A DNA stretch of 64,000 bases from an uncultured bacterium. GTDB lineage: Bacteria > Oederibacteriota > PGYV01 > CAWJRG01. The notes below the pieces were generated by a model, which was not told where the DNA came from, ran no database searches, and worked only from the letters and a program-made list of their open reading frames with translations. The translations under genes were made by a program, and so were the position numbers. This document shows positions 60,632-64,000 of this stretch, in pieces; within the stretch, counting starts at the first letter, position 1; each line of letters begins with the position of its first letter. Location of the stretch: the NCBI GenBank assembly GCA_963845185.1, contig CAWJRG010000005.1:704001-768000 (forward strand). Reading direction: 5' to 3'.

Positions 60632-62023
60632 CTATATTTTAATGACTACCGTCGTCCCCTGGTTTTCCTTGCTTTCTATTGAAATTTCGCCTTTGTGTAT
60701 TTCTTTGATTATTTTATAAGATATGGCAAGGCCAAGGCCGGTGCCTTCGCGCTTTGCTGTAAAAAACGGCTGGAATATTTTTTCCTTTAAATTCGCCGGG
60801 ATTCCTTTGCCGTTGTCCTTTATTGTAATCTCTGCTTTTCCGTCCGCACTTTTTATTGTAATCTCTATTTGTTTTTCCTTTTTTTCTATTGCCTGAAAAG
60901 CATTCATTATCACGTTATACAATGCCCTTTTAATCAAATACGGGTCTGCATTTGCCTCGACAGCACCTTCCATGCCTGTTATTTTGACAACAGCTTTAAC
61001 TTCAACCGGTAATTCAGCCATTGTTTCGTTTACCAGCTTTACAGGGTCAATTTTTTGCATGTCAGGCGTGAATTCCTTTGTGTAGGTAAGAAAATTATTC
61101 AGGAACCCGCTCATTTTCATTGCGTTCCTTATTATGTCGTCGGCGTTCTTCTTGATTTTTTCATCCTTTGCTTTTTCCTTTATGAGCTCCGCATAGCCGG
61201 AAAGCACGCTCAGGGAATTCCTCATCTCGTGGGCAACTCCGGCGGAGAATTCGCCGACCGTCGCCATTTTTTCCTTGTTTTCTATATAAGTTTTTAATTC
61301 ATTTTTCATGCCGTCAAGGGTACCTGCCAGGATTTGTATTTCTTCCTCACCTTTCACCTCTATGTTTTCATCAAAATTCCTTTTTGCTATTTCCTCGGCT
61401 TTTTTCTTAAGCCTTATAATCGACCTTGTCATGCCGGACGATATTACAAATGCCAGGCCTAGAGCAACAAGAAAGCTTATGAACCCCAGGGTAATGAGGA
61501 AATTTTTATACTGGTTTATATATTTTATATACTCGACGCTTGCCTCGACGCCTATTATACCCAGGGTTTTCCCTGCAAAATCAAGCGGTACATAACCCGT
61601 CTTGTAAAATTCTCCTTTTGCCCCCCTGTATAACGGAGTCGAAACAGCCTCGCCCTTTAATGCCCTGTTTATTTCATAAGTGTCAAGCTGTACGAAAAAC
61701 TTGTCGCTTTCATCAAGGGTTGAAAGTAATATTTTTTTATTTGCGTCTATTAAAAATATATCCCTGACTAAAGTTATATCCCTTAATTTTTTCAGTTTTT
61801 CCAGGTAACCTGCGTATATTTTGCCTTTTAACTGCAGGTATTGCAGGTCATCCGGGTTTACTGTTTCTTTTATTATCCTGCCTGCTGTCAGCAGGCGGTT
61901 TTCCATCTCGGTTTCAAGGTTGTTCTTTATCATGTTGTATGTAATAAACCCGTAAAACCCGATTATTATAATGAAGGACGCAAGGAAATATATTATGACC
62001 TTCCCGCGAATTGTCTTGAACAT
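60632..62023 (-). CDS. HAMP-domain sensor histidine kinase
   Basis: Two TMs, HAMP, AHEMRN, N...NA, DNGKG, FQPFFT, GTGLGL. Confidence 0.92.
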   Translation of the reverse strand: MFKTIRGKVIIYFLASFIIIIGFYGFITYNMIKNNLETEMENRLLTAGRIIKETVNPDDLQYLQLKGKIYAGYLEKLKKLRDITLVRDIFLIDANKKILLSTLDESDKFFVQLDTYEINRALKGEAVSTPLYRGAKGEFYKTGYVPLDFAGKTLGIIGVEASVEYIKYINQYKNFLITLGFISFLVALGLAFVISSGMTRSIIRLKKKAEEIAKRNFDENIEVKGEEEIQILAGTLDGMKNELKTYIENKEKMATVGEFSAGVAHEMRNSLSVLSGYAELIKEKAKDEKIKKNADDIIRNAMKMSGFLNNFLTYTKEFTPDMQKIDPVKLVNETMAELPVEVKAVVKITGMEGAVEANADPYLIKRALYNVIMNAFQAIEKKEKQIEITIKSADGKAEITIKDNGKGIPANLKEKIFQPFFTAKREGTGLGLAISYKIIKEIHKGEISIESKENQGTTVVIKI

Positions 62024-62025
62024 TT

Positions 62026-63807
62026 TCAGACACCCCTGAATTTTTTTATTATTTCTTCTTTCTGCTTTTTACTTAAAAACGATGCTCTCTTATCGCCTTC
62101 GTCGATTGCCTTAATCAAATCATCCTTGTCCCTGAATTCGTTATAAAGCCGGTATTTTATTTTCTCGCCGATATACGGTATATCATCAAAAATCGATTTT
62201 TTCAATTTCTTATTGGCAAGCAGCGTCTGGTACGAAAGAGCAAACCTATGCGCCTCGTCCCTGACCCTCTGCAGCAAAAACCGCGCCTTTTCCGTTATTG
62301 GCACCGGCTTATTTTCGCCCGGCTTATAAACAAGTTCCTCTTTTTTCGCAAGGCCTATTATTTCCACGTCCTCTATGCCCGTGAGCGACAGCGCTTCTTT
62401 TGCAGCGTTTACCTGGCCTATGCCGCCATCTATGAGTATCAGGTCCGGGAATTTCGCGTCCTCTTTCAGCATTCTGCTGTAGCGCCTCATCACAACCTCG
62501 CTTATTGACCTGTAATCATCCACGCCTGTTACGGTCTTTACCTTATAACGCCTGTATAAATTCTTGTCCGGCACGCCGTTTTTAAACACTACGCATGACG
62601 CCACGAGGTTTTCGCCCTGAAGGTGCGATACGTCAATGCCTTCTATTGTAAGCGGCGTCTTTTTCATGTAGAGGTTTTCGCCGAGTTCTTTTATTGCCTC
62701 TGCTGTTTTTTCCTTTGATTTTTCCTTCTGCTCCGTGATTTTCTCGTGCTGTTTTATTCTCTCCTCGATATTTTCCCGCGCCATTTTTAAAAGGTTGTCG
62801 CGCTTTTTAAAAATCGGCTTTATGCCTTTGTTCTTGAATATCTCGCCTGCTATATCCGGCTTTACGCTGCCATCAGCCAGTATAACTTCCTCGGGATATG
62901 AGATGCGCCTGCTGTAATACTGGTAAAGATAAAGCTCAAAAGCGCCTTCTTCCCCGCCTGTTTCTGAAAAAACGTCTATTTTCTTTCCTATCAGCCTGCC
63001 GGAGCGTATGCTCAGGACACAGAAATAATGAACATTGTCCCTATATAAGTAATCAATGACGTCAATATTTTTGTCCTCTGTGTCCACTACCTTCTGTTCG
63101 CTCATTATTGCCTCAACAGCCTTTATGGCATCGCGGGCCTCCGCGGCTTTCTCGTATTCCTGCTTTTCGGAATAATCGTCCATTTGTTTTTGAAGGTTAT
63201 CGCGCACTGCCCTGTAACTGCCGTTTAAAAAACTCCTTACTTCCTTTATTGACTGTTTATACGCCTCATCTGATATGAACCTTACGCAGGGCGCTGAGCA
63301 GACTCCTGTGTCGTAATATATACACGGACGTGAAAGCTGCTTTTTCTCAAACTCGTATGTGCACTGCCTGATTTTAAATGCCCTGTAAATGAGCTGGACA
63401 ACTTTTTTCGCGTCTTCCGGGATAAACGGCCCGTAATAGATGGCATCCTTGTCTTTTGTCACTCGCGTTATGTAAACGCCAGGGTATTTCTCACCTGTTG
63501 TTATTTTGATGAATGGGTATGATTTATCGTCCTTTAAGAGTATGTTGTAATGCGGTTTGTGCTGTTTGATGAGGGAGTTTTCGAGCAAAAACGCCTCAAT
63601 TTCGTTTTTAGTTACTATATAGTCCATATCTTTTACCTGTCCGGACAGTATTTCTGTCTTTATGTCCTTTTTGCCATGCTGAAAATATGACCGAACCCTG
63701 TTTTTAAGCACATTTGCCTTGCCTACATATATGACTTCCCCGGCTGTATTTTTAAAAATATAAACACCTGGCTTTTGGGGGAGTGTATCTATTTTTTCTT
63801 TTTCCAT
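62026..63807 (-). CDS. uvrC: Excinuclease ABC subunit C
   Basis: LP.KPGVY, IYVGKA..LKNRVRSYF, YNILLKDDKSYP, D.SH, LIDGG.GQ, RDEAHRFA. Confidence 0.95.
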   Translation of the reverse strand: MEKEKIDTLPQKPGVYIFKNTAGEVIYVGKANVLKNRVRSYFQHGKKDIKTEILSGQVKDMDYIVTKNEIEAFLLENSLIKQHKPHYNILLKDDKSYPFIKITTGEKYPGVYITRVTKDKDAIYYGPFIPEDAKKVVQLIYRAFKIRQCTYEFEKKQLSRPCIYYDTGVCSAPCVRFISDEAYKQSIKEVRSFLNGSYRAVRDNLQKQMDDYSEKQEYEKAAEARDAIKAVEAIMSEQKVVDTEDKNIDVIDYLYRDNVHYFCVLSIRSGRLIGKKIDVFSETGGEEGAFELYLYQYYSRRISYPEEVILADGSVKPDIAGEIFKNKGIKPIFKKRDNLLKMARENIEERIKQHEKITEQKEKSKEKTAEAIKELGENLYMKKTPLTIEGIDVSHLQGENLVASCVVFKNGVPDKNLYRRYKVKTVTGVDDYRSISEVVMRRYSRMLKEDAKFPDLILIDGGIGQVNAAKEALSLTGIEDVEIIGLAKKEELVYKPGENKPVPITEKARFLLQRVRDEAHRFALSYQTLLANKKLKKSIFDDIPYIGEKIKYRLYNEFRDKDDLIKAIDEGDKRASFLSKKQKEEIIKKFRGV

Positions 63808-63829
63808 TATTTTTGCTCCGCATCCCGTT

Positions 63830-64000
63830 TCATTTAATGCACATATAATTCGCAAAGCAGTCTTCTTTATTCAGTACTTTAATTTTAAACCCCGCTTCTT
63901 TCAGCATCCTTTCTATTGCCCAGTCAAAAGTTTCATATTCATCCCTGATGGACTCATATATTGCTTTCTTTGAAATGCCTTTTTCCATCTTTTTTATCCA
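63830..64000 (-). CDS. C-terminal fragment of a probable class I SAM methyltransferase
   Basis: IRDEYETFDWAIERMLKEAGFKI... open from the window edge to TGA at 63830. Confidence 0.5.
   Translation of the reverse strand, partial: WIKKMEKGISKKAIYESIRDEYETFDWAIERMLKEAGFKIKVLNKEDCFANYMCIK

Overview
Low-GC window from a diderm bacterium (lolCD/E, tamB, yidC). Its many Thr/Pro-rich secreted proteins and CIA30/CBM11-like domains resemble Candidatus Goldbacteria, but that assignment is inference only. Housekeeping content: def-tamB-clpC-ilvE-lolD-lolC/E-lysS (lysS carries a 1-nt frameshift), ftsK, a phosphohexomutase, rpmH-rnpA-yidD-yidC-jag-mnmE, uvrC, tRNA-Asn and tRNA-Gly. Mobile and repeat content: one IS1182-family element inserted exactly in the loop of a palindromic mini-element, plus three families of intergenic palindromic repeats. 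The most interesting content is a putative polysaccharide-sensing and surface-display system. It comprises (i) an ECF sigma factor, a membrane anti-sigma with an external CIA30/CBM11-like domain and a soluble paralog, with a promoter motif repeated at identical spacing; (ii) a GH9 and three Cys-bracketed NHL-propeller proteins with Thr-rich stalks and a shared T9SS-like C-terminal domain, two preceded by a second shared ECF-type promoter and two interrupted by in-frame TAG codons; and (iii) GT-C glycosyltransferases that could glycosylate them. Smaller oddities are an 11-codon Lys-rich micro-ORF with its own consensus promoter, RBS and terminator next to DnaA-box-like 9-mers, and a probable ATT start for rnpA. 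No CRISPR array, prophage or reverse transcriptase was seen.
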